From a virus: a DNA stretch of 64,000 nucleotides. Under the pieces are notes generated by a model, which searched no databases, was not told the origin of the DNA, and saw only the letters and a program-made list of their open reading frames with translations. Shown piece after piece: positions 26,601-36,500 of this stretch (positions are counted from its first letter, which is position 1; each line of letters starts with the position of its first letter). The position numbers were made by a program, and so were the translations under genes. The stretch is taken from the IMG/VR virus record IMGVR_UViG_3300045988_133735; one strand, 5' to 3'.

Positions 26601-27434
26601 TTCAGCATCATACTGGACATCAAACTTTGCCAGACCGTCAACCCTGGCGATATCATCCCGAAGCAGGGTAACAAAACCGTCAACCTGTTCCTTGGTGTAG
26701 TAGTTTGCCAGTGTGTCAGCCAGACCATCTACGACAGCCTGTGCTTCTTGTGCGCTCTGTGCAGCCTGAGTGGCAGCAGTCTGTGCCTCACCAACCTTCT
26801 GGCTCATCGTAGCCAAGAACTGAGTATACCAGTCATCGCCGGTCGGATCGGTCATTGCGGTGCCGGTAAGTGCTTTCAAAACATTCAGCTTTTCGTTCGG
26901 CTTTGTACGCCACAGATAATTCTTCGATTCACCGCTGCTAGGTACGGTAATTGCACCAGTCGCCATAATTTCAAACTTCAGCACACCCTCTTTGATGGTG
27001 GCATAGTTGCTGACCATCCAGTAGAACCGGATTCTATCACTGCTATAGCTCACATTGATAGGTGCGGTATAGTTTTCAGCATTATTGGCGTTTACATAGT
27101 GAATTTGAATCGTCATAGTCATCAAGTCAACGCCATCGTAATAACGCGGCATCTCAAACGGAATTACCTGACTGTTGTTTTCCTGTGTGATATTTACCTG
27201 AGTCGGACTCAGTGTGATTTCTTTATTGGTATCAACCGTAGAAAAATCATTGTCCGAGAAGGTATCAAACCACGTATAGTTACCACTTCTAGTGAAATTC
27301 TGGTCTTCCACAGAGAAGGTTGCCACATCCTCATCACAATCAACCACTGGACTAGCATCTTCCACGGAAGCCTCCATCGTCATTGCGGGGCTTGCAGCGA
27401 CCATACGTTTGGATTCTTCAAATGATAATGCCAT
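20631..27434 (-). CDS. giant multidomain tail / host-recognition protein (2267 aa)
   Basis: Domain order read from the translation: coiled coil, poly-Gly linker plus Ig-like repeats, CotH-like region (VDNRAKNVF...WDFCFDYDND), leucine-rich repeats (LEHLNLQNVPNLKK...), two Listeria-Bacteroides-type repeats (Y.V.F...F.GWD), then a C-terminal KYWLRTP-type module. Confidence 0.75.
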   Translation of the reverse strand: MALSFEESKRMVAASPAMTMEASVEDASPVVDCDEDVATFSVEDQNFTRSGNYTWFDTFSDNDFSTVDTNKEITLSPTQVNITQENNSQVIPFEMPRYYDGVDLMTMTIQIHYVNANNAENYTAPINVSYSSDRIRFYWMVSNYATIKEGVLKFEIMATGAITVPSSGESKNYLWRTKPNEKLNVLKALTGTAMTDPTGDDWYTQFLATMSQKVGEAQTAATQAAQSAQEAQAVVDGLADTLANYYTKEQVDGFVTLLRDDIARVDGLAKFDVQYDAETQTVKFLNGEKVIKTITLNTDPSAEWVTAFNKTVEAKIDEKIAPVKTELTEYKTSNDAAVKNLQDSVGNLPETLQSDYYNKQAINKLLEAKAEKTSVETVANDLTVVKNTASGLQNSIDTINGDISEIQEQLKNVKPDPNSGREYDITYEDSKLSLLENGTVKTQVVIQGGGGGGTGGSTSVIKIERLDGSALTVIAGDSAIINFKFSSVDNSGDDTGSATGVWYVGNTKVGTQTVIQGKNSFDATQYLHSGDNTVKLQVTDSVGSVGTKTWTVNVVEFYLESSFDDTLVYSGEVTFRYTPYGNIAKTINFTIDGKILGSTTSSVTGRQLTYAIPAQTHGAHLVEVSMTAEINGKTVTSNTIKKDIMWAVEGNTTPIISCATKTASAKQYSNVAINYTVYDPSSSTTTVTLEVDGTKAATLTVGRTMQTWTWKSAEIGAHTLKIVCGSVSKEIKVNIEKLGITIEPVKTNLAFDFNPAGKTNADETRLWTDGNTKLTVSNNFDWSNGGYQLDEDGDTYFCVKAGTTANISYKLFGDDAKKLGKNFKLVFKTTNVKNYDATALTCLNGGIGLNIQAQKVTLTSEQNSISLPTCEDDFMEFEFNILPDSQYKEMVLWLDGIPCRVELYDASDNFTQASPVGITIGSPDCDVLVYRMKSYMMNLTDDEILDNFIADAKNAEEMIERYTRNDITDVSGELNPDLLAEKCPDLRIIKISAPTFTTGKKNEVPNTTIQHIYKNGRAVEDNWIAIGSHKGQGTSSNAYGESGRNIDINCSGGFTFGDESTGSKYAFTENSVGEKYFNIKVNVASSENANNALLADEFNEFNPYIRQARKDNPKVRDTMAFYPCVVFIQETDTTNATVFKDGQWHFYACGDFGNSKKNSDTMGMDPNNHKEVIIEIDNNTDAQARFLSGDFSEETWDGDHSFEFRYINKACTEEEVQAAKDAWIRVQNWVVNADDAEFKKNFENYFIKDSALFHYLFTERHTMVDNRAKNVFPHTTDLVHWDFCFDYDNDTAMGNDNEGGLTLSYGYEDMDTIGTKSVFNAHDSKLWCKIRDLFADDLAKMFLSRESALAWSSTRILKKFEDYQDVKPEKLWIMDMRRKYFRTYEDNGTTSYLPMMHGNKRHQRRQFQRYQEKYMASKYTGAACTSDDMTIRGYTPTNWTGVKPDGTFHIVPYADTYVSVRYGSNPVKVRGKRGQTYEIQCPIAAMNDTEVYVYNASIIQSIGDISGFYPGYVDFSHGVKLTDLKIGSAVEGYKNTNMTDFAVGNNTLLEHLNLQNVPNLKKSISLTGCTNLEEFYAGGSGITGVAFAKGGKIKKAELPAIASLSAKNLNYLTDLKVTDYKNITTLTVENCPTIDLIGMLAKCTSLNRVRLTGVKWELDDTSLLERLLKMTGLDENGYNTDHSVIEGSVHVPIMRERQLADYNAQWPDLNITYNTLVQQFVWTFVNKDGTVLDVQYIDKGDKAVDPVTRKENPIQTPTAESTISTDFTFSGWDTEFVAVFSNQTITATYTESVRKYTVRYMNRGAVLKETVAPYGSMVLYDGDTPTYTSEESAFKYYLFSGWDKGGYVTGDKDINAVYDSCEYSSTYFDGKEIGQLRPVEIYAMNKVGVEQNIATAKDAVSIQLGNDFSYEDITEKILVSEPQVFDGKNYIDTNIQLFEEDRDFVLAVDYKMDVTNANNTVLMQCFEQNGMNGIRLWNSTGVKTTWGIDSANGVAAGTRDMTVIRHIKGDNGLYVYSSNIYGSALNYTKITRTRSTKTNATLVFGCAKADDGAYERHAKGTVYWSKLWYADLGDAACRELAAWTHDNLIVEVASFKNYYLSDNSNKRCSMTFLQKDTLGQDMMLSSSSNNAGGWGNTSLREYLDSRLVDALPIGWKQLIKKVKVPSSAGNKSKEIVTSDCYFFIPSAIEVNSAMIDEPYIYEGQTISYMTGNESRIKHNAEGKPTKYWLRTPFATYDGYFYAIEETGELYGFHYPSEQLGVTIMFSI

Positions 27435-27450
27435 CTACTCACTCCTCTCA

Positions 27451-30258
27451 TTAAGTATCTTTCTTATTATCGATATATTTTTCTTTGAGGACATTCTCAT
27501 AAGTGATATAGGGATAATACGGATAATAGCGGCTCAATGTAACATTCATTGTGCCTTCTCCAATGTTTTTATCTATCTTTTTTATAATCCACTCAACTGC
27601 AATATCAGACTTTAAGTACTTTGCTGCATACTTTACCTTTTCATTTACGTCAAGCCACGGAATCATGTGCATACTTAATGTGATAGAATCCGTCAGTCGG
27701 CAATTTTTCCATAGCGTGTATTTACATACCGTCATGGTTGATTCGTCCGATGTATATCCGTCAAACTCACTACCCGAGCACACAAGGTTTCTTCGCCCGA
27801 TTTTATCAATCGTCAACCGACTATTGTATAAGTCATCAATGCGGTTTGGGTCATTTACGACAACGTACTCAAGGTTGTCACATGCCTCCGCAATCTTGTC
27901 TGCCTCAATTTGTTTTGCGGTCGGCATTGCATCCACAAACTTCGTCATAGCATGAGACTGAGACTGACCAATAAAATAGACCCGGCTCTCAATAAGAAGA
28001 GCAGGGTCTGATATCTGGATCTCTGTATTCGTTGCTGGATTATACTTCACATACACGGTGTCATAATTTTTCGTGGATGGATTATAGATTTGTTTCGGGT
28101 AATAGCGCACCTGTGGATCACGCTGTTCTTTTTCGTATTTGCCTGTAAGTGCGTTAAACTTATATGTGAATGCACCATCAGTTGCCTGATTTAACCAGTG
28201 CTCACCATATTTTATGACGTAATAACGCCCTTTCTTTAGTAGAGAGGTATCTTCTGGTTCGTCCTCTCCTTTTTCGTTGGTAACAGCCTTAAACAACATC
28301 ATAGGTCCATACACTGCACGTGTCGTTTCCCGATACTGTCCTTCTCCAGTCGGATTCGATTTAATTGTCGTAACAAGGTTCTCAACACAGATTCTTGCAT
28401 TTATCGCAATATCTTCTGGGCAAATAAACGAAAATCTTGTACCGTCCTGAATACTTGCTTGTTTTAATTTTAACAATAAAATAGACGCGCCGGTATCATT
28501 TGGGTTCATGTTGTAGCTCATATTCAATTTATTATCTTTAAGCAGCGTAACAACATCATTCCATTCTTTTGTTCCTTTTTTACAATACACGACCTCGCCA
28601 GTACCGTCTGGGTCATTTTTTTCAAGTTTATCCTTACAGAAATAGTCGCTGGAGTTTGATGCACCCCATACCTCTACACAGTTATGGATCTGACCGTAAT
28701 CGACGCTGGCATCTTCGCTGATAACCATACTCTTAAATGTATCCTCGTCCAGAACAACGGGGTCGTCGTAGCCAGATGGAATTTCTTTGCACACAAAAGT
28801 ATCGTCGTCAAAATACATCTCGAAAGGAAAGTAGAGGTCTCTCAACTCCGTCAAAATGTTCCAGATGGTCGTGCCAGTATTATATTCTAGGTCGTGCGGA
28901 ATTCGCCGCACCCAGTAATCTACCATACTCTTTGTCAGTCCTGAAAGTTCAAATGTCTCCTTAATGGAATCGCGAACATAGTGCGGCTTCTTTTTGTCAT
29001 CTTCGTAATAGTTGACCCCATCCTTAACCACGAGCTTGCGGTCATACATCGGAATGCGCGTTGCGTATCCGGTCAGTGTTCCACCAAGCGTGCCGTCAAG
29101 CAAACAGGTCATATCAAGGCAAGAAAGGCTTAGTTTGTTCGTTGTGGCATCATAACTGTATCCATTTTGCTGTATTGCATATACGCCAGCGCCATACCAG
29201 TGTACACCATCTGTATCCACAAAGTTCGTGCCAGTTCGTATTTCAGCCTCACCAGAGTATAAAGCGTGATAGAAGTTATATATCTGAGTTAAACCATCTT
29301 TCAATTCCCATATCGTTCCTTGAATATCGTGCATTGAATAGCCAACAAATACACTTGTGTCATGGAAATATTTATCAAGCTCTTCTTTGGTACAGCCAGC
29401 AATCGCTGCAACATCGGCTGCAGATAATATCCTTCCTGCTGCGATACCACCCTCTACAGCAGCAATCATATTCTTTACACGTATTGTTTTCCCATAAATC
29501 GTACAGTCAACACCAAAACTATCAAGTTCAAGTATTTTACTTTGTAAAGTTGAACCATCTCTTTGAACTGCATCACAAGCTGCATTGAAAATCACTTCAA
29601 TATAAGACCTGATATCTGCATTCAGCAGCGGAATAACAACATCTCCTCCGCCTATCAGTAGTGGAGTGTATGCAATCTCATACGTCTTGCCATTTGTTGT
29701 ATAACCATCTGAAGATGCAACAACGGTCGAATATGTTCCAACATCTCCTTGCTCTTTCACAAAAGATGCATATTTCTCTTTATTTTCATCTGTCCAAATA
29801 ATACGCTTACGGTTTATATTTTCGATATTGCCATACTGTTCATAACCGCCAACCTTATATCTCCACTTTGCTTGCCTTAACTCTGTGTCCTTTTCTTTGT
29901 ATATCGCACTATTTTTGATTTTTGCATCGATCTCTTCTTCTGGTATTCTTACCGCGTCCGCCCCAACAAGCGGCATACTTGTTGGAGCTTTCATACCAAT
30001 CTGTAAGCGCAGCATCTTGCTCGTCCACTCCTCTGTGGAGAACTGAGAAATAGAGAATCCACTCTTCGGGAAGATATCAAGATTAAAAGTGCGCCGTGTA
30101 TCTGAGTCTGCGTCAATCGAGTTAGAACCACTTAACGCAAGTCCTTCGATCGTATCAATAATCTGGTAGTCTTTATTCAGCAGTTCAATACGACAATATA
30201 ATCTTTTTGACCGGCTTTTCAGTAAGGCCAGATCTTCTTCTGTAGGTAAGTAAGTCAT
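27451..30258 (-). CDS. baseplate / tail-tip structural protein (935 aa)
   Basis: Assigned by size and position between the distal tail genes and the receptor-binding protein. Family not recognised. Confidence 0.5.
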   Translation of the reverse strand: MTYLPTEEDLALLKSRSKRLYCRIELLNKDYQIIDTIEGLALSGSNSIDADSDTRRTFNLDIFPKSGFSISQFSTEEWTSKMLRLQIGMKAPTSMPLVGADAVRIPEEEIDAKIKNSAIYKEKDTELRQAKWRYKVGGYEQYGNIENINRKRIIWTDENKEKYASFVKEQGDVGTYSTVVASSDGYTTNGKTYEIAYTPLLIGGGDVVIPLLNADIRSYIEVIFNAACDAVQRDGSTLQSKILELDSFGVDCTIYGKTIRVKNMIAAVEGGIAAGRILSAADVAAIAGCTKEELDKYFHDTSVFVGYSMHDIQGTIWELKDGLTQIYNFYHALYSGEAEIRTGTNFVDTDGVHWYGAGVYAIQQNGYSYDATTNKLSLSCLDMTCLLDGTLGGTLTGYATRIPMYDRKLVVKDGVNYYEDDKKKPHYVRDSIKETFELSGLTKSMVDYWVRRIPHDLEYNTGTTIWNILTELRDLYFPFEMYFDDDTFVCKEIPSGYDDPVVLDEDTFKSMVISEDASVDYGQIHNCVEVWGASNSSDYFCKDKLEKNDPDGTGEVVYCKKGTKEWNDVVTLLKDNKLNMSYNMNPNDTGASILLLKLKQASIQDGTRFSFICPEDIAINARICVENLVTTIKSNPTGEGQYRETTRAVYGPMMLFKAVTNEKGEDEPEDTSLLKKGRYYVIKYGEHWLNQATDGAFTYKFNALTGKYEKEQRDPQVRYYPKQIYNPSTKNYDTVYVKYNPATNTEIQISDPALLIESRVYFIGQSQSHAMTKFVDAMPTAKQIEADKIAEACDNLEYVVVNDPNRIDDLYNSRLTIDKIGRRNLVCSGSEFDGYTSDESTMTVCKYTLWKNCRLTDSITLSMHMIPWLDVNEKVKYAAKYLKSDIAVEWIIKKIDKNIGEGTMNVTLSRYYPYYPYITYENVLKEKYIDNKKDT

Positions 30259-30269
30259 GGCCCACCTCC

Positions 30270-31625
30270 TTAAATCAAACCAGCGTTCTTCATGTCATCG
30301 CTGCTATTCAAATCGCCAGTCTCTACAAAATCAAATGAGATTTCTACCTTATCCGGATGCTCATCATCTGAGTAAGAAACATTTCCATTCACATTCATCA
30401 GCCATGCGCGGCCATCGTACATCTTCAATGCTTTTGGCTTTTTGTTCGTTAGCCAATTGATAAAAGTCTCCCGATAGTCAATAGACCCATCAAAATCAAA
30501 CTCATCATTGTTGCGATCCCACTTGATAATAACACCAGAGAAGTTGCCGCTATAATAATTTGCCTCACTACCATAGAATACGATGGGATACTTGCTTCCC
30601 AATGTCGTCTCCACAGACGCTTCTTGATTGCGCGTAATATTCGTGACAGCTGGCTCAAGACCAACATAATATGATATGTCTTTATCCATTAGCCATGCTC
30701 CGTCAAAATCGCTTACGGCACTTGTAGATGTGTACACTTGTTCAATTTCATCCACAACAGGAACTGCCATATACTGATACTTCGTTTTTCTGCCACGTGC
30801 GAATTTGTCATAGCATACAATCAAAATAGGTTCAACGGAACTTATGATCTTCTTTTCATAAATCGTAATCCAGTCGTATTTGCCAAACTCTCTACGTTTT
30901 ACGCGAATAGAATCAAAATTATTAGGCTCGTCCGCGCTTTTCGTAACGGTAAGCTTGATTCTACCTTCTCTTTTTTCATTCTCTGCCACAATTTTAAGTT
31001 TCTGCAGTTGTCCGTCATACTCAATTCTGAATGCGCAAAAATCCGTGTCCAGAACATATCCATTCACAGTTTCTCCAACCGCTCGCACATAATACACCTT
31101 ATTATTATCAAGGCTTTCTACGTTGAACGCATGTGAAATAGATCCGTGGTATATCTCCTCATGTAGCAAAGTCTTGTCTGAATCATAAAGCTGATATTTA
31201 TAAAGATTCAGTGTCTCGCCCTCTTCTTCGATGTTTTTATACTCGACATTAAAAGAAAAAGCAGGGAAGGGAATTGTCTTTTCAGCGCGCGCTTCCACAT
31301 CAACAAACTTTAACACCGGTTTTTCATGGCAATAAAAAAGAACGGCATCGCTTAAATCACTTGTCTTGCCGTTCTGATTTGTTACTGCAATTTTAAGATA
31401 GTAGGGGAGTAGTCTGTTGCGTACAAGGTTCGCTGGCAGCATAAACATACGTACAGAAGATGAACCACTGGTTTTCACTGTCTGGTCAACAATACTATTG
31501 CCGGAGGCGTTGTCGTAGATAATATACTCCACTTCATTGATCGTGTCATCGTAACATGTGTACCGCACGATATTTTCCTGCGTAGCGTCTATTACGGAAA
31601 ATTTTGAAATTATCGGTTTCGCCAA
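30270..31625 (-). CDS. baseplate / distal-tail structural protein (451 aa)
   Basis: Assigned by position downstream of the tape measure. Confidence 0.45.
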   Translation of the reverse strand: MAKPIISKFSVIDATQENIVRYTCYDDTINEVEYIIYDNASGNSIVDQTVKTSGSSSVRMFMLPANLVRNRLLPYYLKIAVTNQNGKTSDLSDAVLFYCHEKPVLKFVDVEARAEKTIPFPAFSFNVEYKNIEEEGETLNLYKYQLYDSDKTLLHEEIYHGSISHAFNVESLDNNKVYYVRAVGETVNGYVLDTDFCAFRIEYDGQLQKLKIVAENEKREGRIKLTVTKSADEPNNFDSIRVKRREFGKYDWITIYEKKIISSVEPILIVCYDKFARGRKTKYQYMAVPVVDEIEQVYTSTSAVSDFDGAWLMDKDISYYVGLEPAVTNITRNQEASVETTLGSKYPIVFYGSEANYYSGNFSGVIIKWDRNNDEFDFDGSIDYRETFINWLTNKKPKALKMYDGRAWLMNVNGNVSYSDDEHPDKVEISFDFVETGDLNSSDDMKNAGLI

Positions 31626-31637
31626 TTTAACACCTCC

Positions 31638-33485
31638 TTATTTTACGCCATATATCTCACATGGAATAATCAAATCGTTGTTTGTTGTAATGGCCGTCTC
31701 ACCAGAGCTTTGTGCGTCAAAGAATGTAATTTCAGTGCAATATTTATTATTCTTTTCATATGCTTTTACATAGAACGGACGGAAAGCGCTTTTTATATTT
31801 GTGTCAGAATTGTATGATACACTTGGAGTAGAATTGTCGCCAGCGCTCAAATCATAAATCATACACAGCTTCGGCGTATTCATAGTGACGCAGTGATATT
31901 CTGCACCACTCCATTCACCTGCGACCGGTTTCGACACAATAACAGAAACTTTGCTCAAATATTCGAGCACCCGTTTTGTTGCGGCACTCTCTGGATCAAT
32001 CTCAACAACTTCTCTCTCTTTGTAGCCACGGAAGATAAAAATATATCCTGAATAATCGCTGTCCGCTTCAAAAGTCAACTTGTTCTCTTCGCCAACGGCA
32101 GAGTATGCATCTTTTGAATCGTTCTTCCATAGTAGCTGGAAAATCTGTCCAGCCTTCAACTTGTCCACAGTAATAGTATCAGTGGTGATTTTATCCCCAG
32201 AAACTTGCGTAAGGCTGTTGTTTACAGAAGTGGAATCAAGCGCCACTTTACCGTTTTTGTCAATGGATATAGCACCAGTCAAGTTAAGCTTTGTCGCCTT
32301 GATTTTTACAGTATTTGTACTCTGGTTTATCAAAGTAGCAATGTTTTTTCCGGTATAATCCGTCTTAGCCACCTTTGAATCAATACTTTCAGTTGCTGTT
32401 TTAATGTGCTCTTCAAGTTTTTTATTTGCATTTAATTCTGCAGCATCCGCATACTTTTGAGCTTCAGTTTTTGTGGCACACAGTATGATGGCATTCTCAT
32501 TTTTTGAAATTCTAGATTCTGCAAGCGAAATTTTTGTATTTAGTCCGCTCATGTCCTCATTGTATTTTTTAGTGGTTACGCGGGCTTCAATCTGCTGCTT
32601 TGTACTCTCCAAATCAGAATTATATTCCGTTTTAAAGCTTACAAGGTCACCATCTATTTTGCCAGCGGCATCCAGTGCCTCGTTTGCTTTTGTATCATCC
32701 GTGTATTTTAGCGCCACAGCCCAGTCAGTCCGACTAAAGCTTTCAGTTATAGGACGCGCTGTCTGACATACAAGAACTTTATTATCACCAGAACTACTTG
32801 CCCAGACATCACCACGGTTATATGGGGTTGAAGGCTTTGTGAAAAAAACACGTCTTGATCCATTTGCTGTATCGGTTTCAAGGCTTGCAGCTCTCAAAAC
32901 TTTCAATAAATTCTTGTCACTAAGAGTCTCCCATATAAAAGTGTCCGTCCACCTATACGCATCATCAGCCTTCATGTCATAATAAAGGTCGCCAATGTGC
33001 ACTCTCTTTGCATCTTCCGTTACCCAATTTACTGTCGGAGCCGTATCAGTAGATGGTACACCACTATAAAACCATAAGCTGAGTTGTCCGTCTCCCTGAT
33101 CTTTCAGCGTTAAAAATTCACTGACATCCGTGTATTTAACAATAGTGTCAGCAAAATCTGTATCAATAATGGACAGCTGACTGCCAACCACGTTGACTTT
33201 GCTGTCCACTGTTTTCATTGTACCAATATTATCGGGGGAACATACCAGTCGCTTCATATCACCCTGCAATGCAGTCACAACCACACTCTGTCCAACCGTG
33301 TAAATCTGGTCAGATGTAATGTTATACTGGCTTCCAAACACGGATATTGTGTATGTATTCCCACTCACCGCAGTTACCACACCAGTCTGCGATTTGTCAA
33401 ACTTTGCGTCATTGAGCTTCTTTTCAATCGTGTCTACGATGACTTTACTCAACACGTCAATTGCATCTTGACTATTTTGTGACAT
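31638..33485 (-). CDS. tail-tip / baseplate hub-like protein (615 aa)
   Basis: First gene after the tape measure. An N-terminal small beta domain (TGVVTAVSGNTYTISVFG...) is followed by a coiled coil. Confidence 0.45.
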   Translation of the reverse strand: MSQNSQDAIDVLSKVIVDTIEKKLNDAKFDKSQTGVVTAVSGNTYTISVFGSQYNITSDQIYTVGQSVVVTALQGDMKRLVCSPDNIGTMKTVDSKVNVVGSQLSIIDTDFADTIVKYTDVSEFLTLKDQGDGQLSLWFYSGVPSTDTAPTVNWVTEDAKRVHIGDLYYDMKADDAYRWTDTFIWETLSDKNLLKVLRAASLETDTANGSRRVFFTKPSTPYNRGDVWASSSGDNKVLVCQTARPITESFSRTDWAVALKYTDDTKANEALDAAGKIDGDLVSFKTEYNSDLESTKQQIEARVTTKKYNEDMSGLNTKISLAESRISKNENAIILCATKTEAQKYADAAELNANKKLEEHIKTATESIDSKVAKTDYTGKNIATLINQSTNTVKIKATKLNLTGAISIDKNGKVALDSTSVNNSLTQVSGDKITTDTITVDKLKAGQIFQLLWKNDSKDAYSAVGEENKLTFEADSDYSGYIFIFRGYKEREVVEIDPESAATKRVLEYLSKVSVIVSKPVAGEWSGAEYHCVTMNTPKLCMIYDLSAGDNSTPSVSYNSDTNIKSAFRPFYVKAYEKNNKYCTEITFFDAQSSGETAITTNNDLIIPCEIYGVK

Positions 33486-33580
33486 CTCGTCCCTCCTTTA
33501 TAAATGTATACTCGATCTCAACCTACCCAACCCACCCTGAGCCAAGTATACTTCGTATTTATTTTTGCTTATTGTACTGC

Positions 33581-36500
33581 TTAACGTCTATTCAGTTCCT
33601 GTACAACCTTGTTCGGCAGACGATTTACCAACTCACGAGCCAGTGCATCGCTATCACCAACGGGATTGTTCACATTCACATCACCAATAGACAGGGAAAT
33701 ACCACCAGCGTCGCGGCTTTGCACCATAGAAGCAGAACTATGTTTTGCCAATTGATCGCTGAACCACTTGTCTGGATTGCCGCCCATCTCAAACAGGCGA
33801 GAGGTAATATCAGCAGGAACAACACCATCGCCAGTCTCAAGATATGTATAACGTCCAGAAGCTGGCTTACGAACAATAAGTTCTGAACCTCTTTCGTCAA
33901 CGTTTGCAAAATGATTCGTTTTAGAAGATTTAAGACCATTCGCGTGACCACCCAAAAAGAAACCAGCAAAACCTCCCAAAAGAGTACCAATCAATGCTCC
34001 TACAGGTCCACCTATTGCCATACCCGCAGCTGCGCCCAGACCAGCACCAGTAAGAGTTGTAGCAGCCGTTTTGACTGTTTTATCTTCATTGGCGGTTGCG
34101 TCATTCTTTTTGTCTGTTTCGTCAGTTGCTTTATTCTCTTCTTTAGATACGATCTGTGTAGCGTTAATTGTGAGATTTGTTGCGCTCTTTTGTGTGTTTT
34201 CGGCAGTTTCAGAACTACTATTCGCAGTGTCTTTTGTATTCTCGGCAGTTTCTTTACTCTTGCCGAAAATATCCTTACACAGATTTACGATTCCACCAAT
34301 AGGACTTATGTCCCAGAAGAACGAAGCAACGGACTTTATTGCCTTCTTACCAAAGCCATCTTCTTTATTGGACCAGATTTTCTTCTGATTCTTCATGGCC
34401 TTTGTGCCGCCATAAATACCAAGCCCGCCAGCTGCAAGAATCGGAATCGCAGCGGGCCCAGCAGCAGCCAAGGCGCTTCCAGCTGTACCAATAAGTTTTC
34501 CAGCACCAGCAAGCAACTTACCTCCGCCACTAAGTAATGTAGTTCCAACCTTACCAATCCCGCCAAGAATCGTGGAACCAATCTTGCTCTTACTAACAGC
34601 ATTACCGACAGCCTTAAATCCGTTTACAACTGTGGAAACAATGCCGCCGCCTTCGCCGGAACCGCCGAATAGGCTTTGAGCGCCACCTTTGATCGTGTTC
34701 CAAATATTTGTAAACGCATTGATAATTCCATTGCCAGAACTTACAACCTGTTTTGTAATATTGTTATTCGCGGTTGTTAATATGTTCTTTAATGCGGTTC
34801 CCGTTTCTGTTGCAGTATCAACGAGCGTGGTTTTGACAGCGTTGACTGCCTGCTTGGCTGCATTAACATAAGATGTGCCAGAACTTGCAGCCTTTTCGCC
34901 ACCATTATTTAAGAATCCTTTTATCGTATTCCACAGACCTTTTGTGCCGAGATCTTTGTACTCACCAGTCTTAAACATGGAATACAGATTATTTAGTTTT
35001 GTTAGCGTATTTATCAGTGATTCAAGGTTTGTAATCAAATTCTGGATGCCGGTGATCGCGCTGCCAGTATTTAGACTTGCAATGATCTTATTGTGATATC
35101 CGTCCAGTGAGCCTTCCATCTGAGATAGACTCATCTTCTGGATCTGCGCAGTGTACTCAAGCTCCTTCTGGTAATCCTTCCAGCTCTTGCCGATATCATC
35201 CATGACCTCAGACAACTTGTCCTTGAACTCATTGTACTTCTTGATCTGGTCGTCAATAGCCTTTTCAGCGTCTTTATTATTCCATTCACGCTGCTTGTCG
35301 GCAAGGTCTTCGCGTGCAGTACGCACATCTTCGGCGTTTGCCTGCCACTCGTAACCATTCTCAGTGTACACACGGGTCGTGCGCTGTTGCTGGGCACGGG
35401 CGAGAGCATCTTGTGCCTTGGAAAGTTCAATGGCGCGTTCAGTAGCCTCATTATTTTCTTCCAGAGCTTCCTTCTGCTTATTCAGGGCTTCAATCCGCTT
35501 GTCGATGACTTTGCCCATAGCATCGCCCCAAATCTTGAGGTCGTTATTAGATTTGTCATTTGCGGACGAAAGGAGAGAGAGGAAAGAAGAAAGGATGTCT
35601 TTTGCATCAGATAGAGCAGACTTGAAACTTTCGACCGCATTTTTCGCGTCCTCCCAGTGAGCAATCAGTTTCGCCATCACTTGGGCATCGGTTTCTTGAA
35701 CATCTTGATATTTCTGATTATAAACAGCAGTCAGTTCATCTAAAGCTGCTTTCTTGGCAGCTTCTTTATCCTCATCAGATGCGTCAGAAGAATCAATACG
35801 ACCAACTGCACGGTCATATTTTTCTTTTGCAACCTTATATTCTAAAGTCGCCTTAACCAATACGTCGTACTCTTCTTCGGTAGGAGCACGTACAGCATCG
35901 TACATCTTCTTGAGATAATCACCGTATACAGTTCCATCAAATTCCTTCATTAGTGGTTCAAGCTGCTTCACATACATATCACGCAAACCAGTTGCGTTGA
36001 TTTTATATGTTCCATCATCTTGTATGAACTGATCGAGGAAAGACTGGTCAATTTGACCGAGCTCTTGAAGAGTATCTTGACTTTTAAGACTTCCGGTTTC
36101 CTGAATCTCTTCCAAAGCGCTACGGAAAGCACTAAATGTACTCTGGAATTTATCAATTTTAGTGTTTGCATCTTCGATGTCCGTGCCAAAACCGTTCCAG
36201 AAATCAGTCATGGAGATATCGCCTTTATTCAGTTGTTCAAGGCGATTTGACCACAGCTTAGCCAGACCGGTTTGCCCACTATCATTGGCAGCATTGATAA
36301 TTTTCCCAACAAGAATTTCAGCGGCCTTCTTGATCTTGTCATCATCGACATTGAGATTTCCGTTCTCATCAAGGAAAATGCCATCGAGTTCTGGGTGCTT
36401 GGTAACTAGTTCGGTGACTTTCTTTAGTGTATCGTAATCCGCAATCTGTTCTCCATTTGCATTATCAATTTTAGACAGATCATGAAGGATCTCCATGCCA

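Noticed and set aside
18289-27425. Long antisense ORFs inside the big structural genes (for example 18289-19131, 20676-22061, 22281-23186, 23229-23972, 26748-27425; likewise 45287-45880, 46136-46804 and 53805-54602)
   Set aside because: They are mirror-frame ORFs opposite genes with strong coding signatures. They are Cys/His/Ser/Leu-rich with no RBS.
12525-27434. A diversity-generating retroelement acting on the fibre or adhesin genes
   Set aside because: There is no reverse transcriptase gene in the window, and I could find no template/variable repeat pair with adenine-specific differences.
33500-33560. G-rich tract GGGTGGGTTGGGTAGG (minus strand) between the tape measure and the next gene as a G-quadruplex
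   Set aside because: It has only three full G3 runs plus a GG, and there is no supporting context. I note it but do not treat it as a feature.
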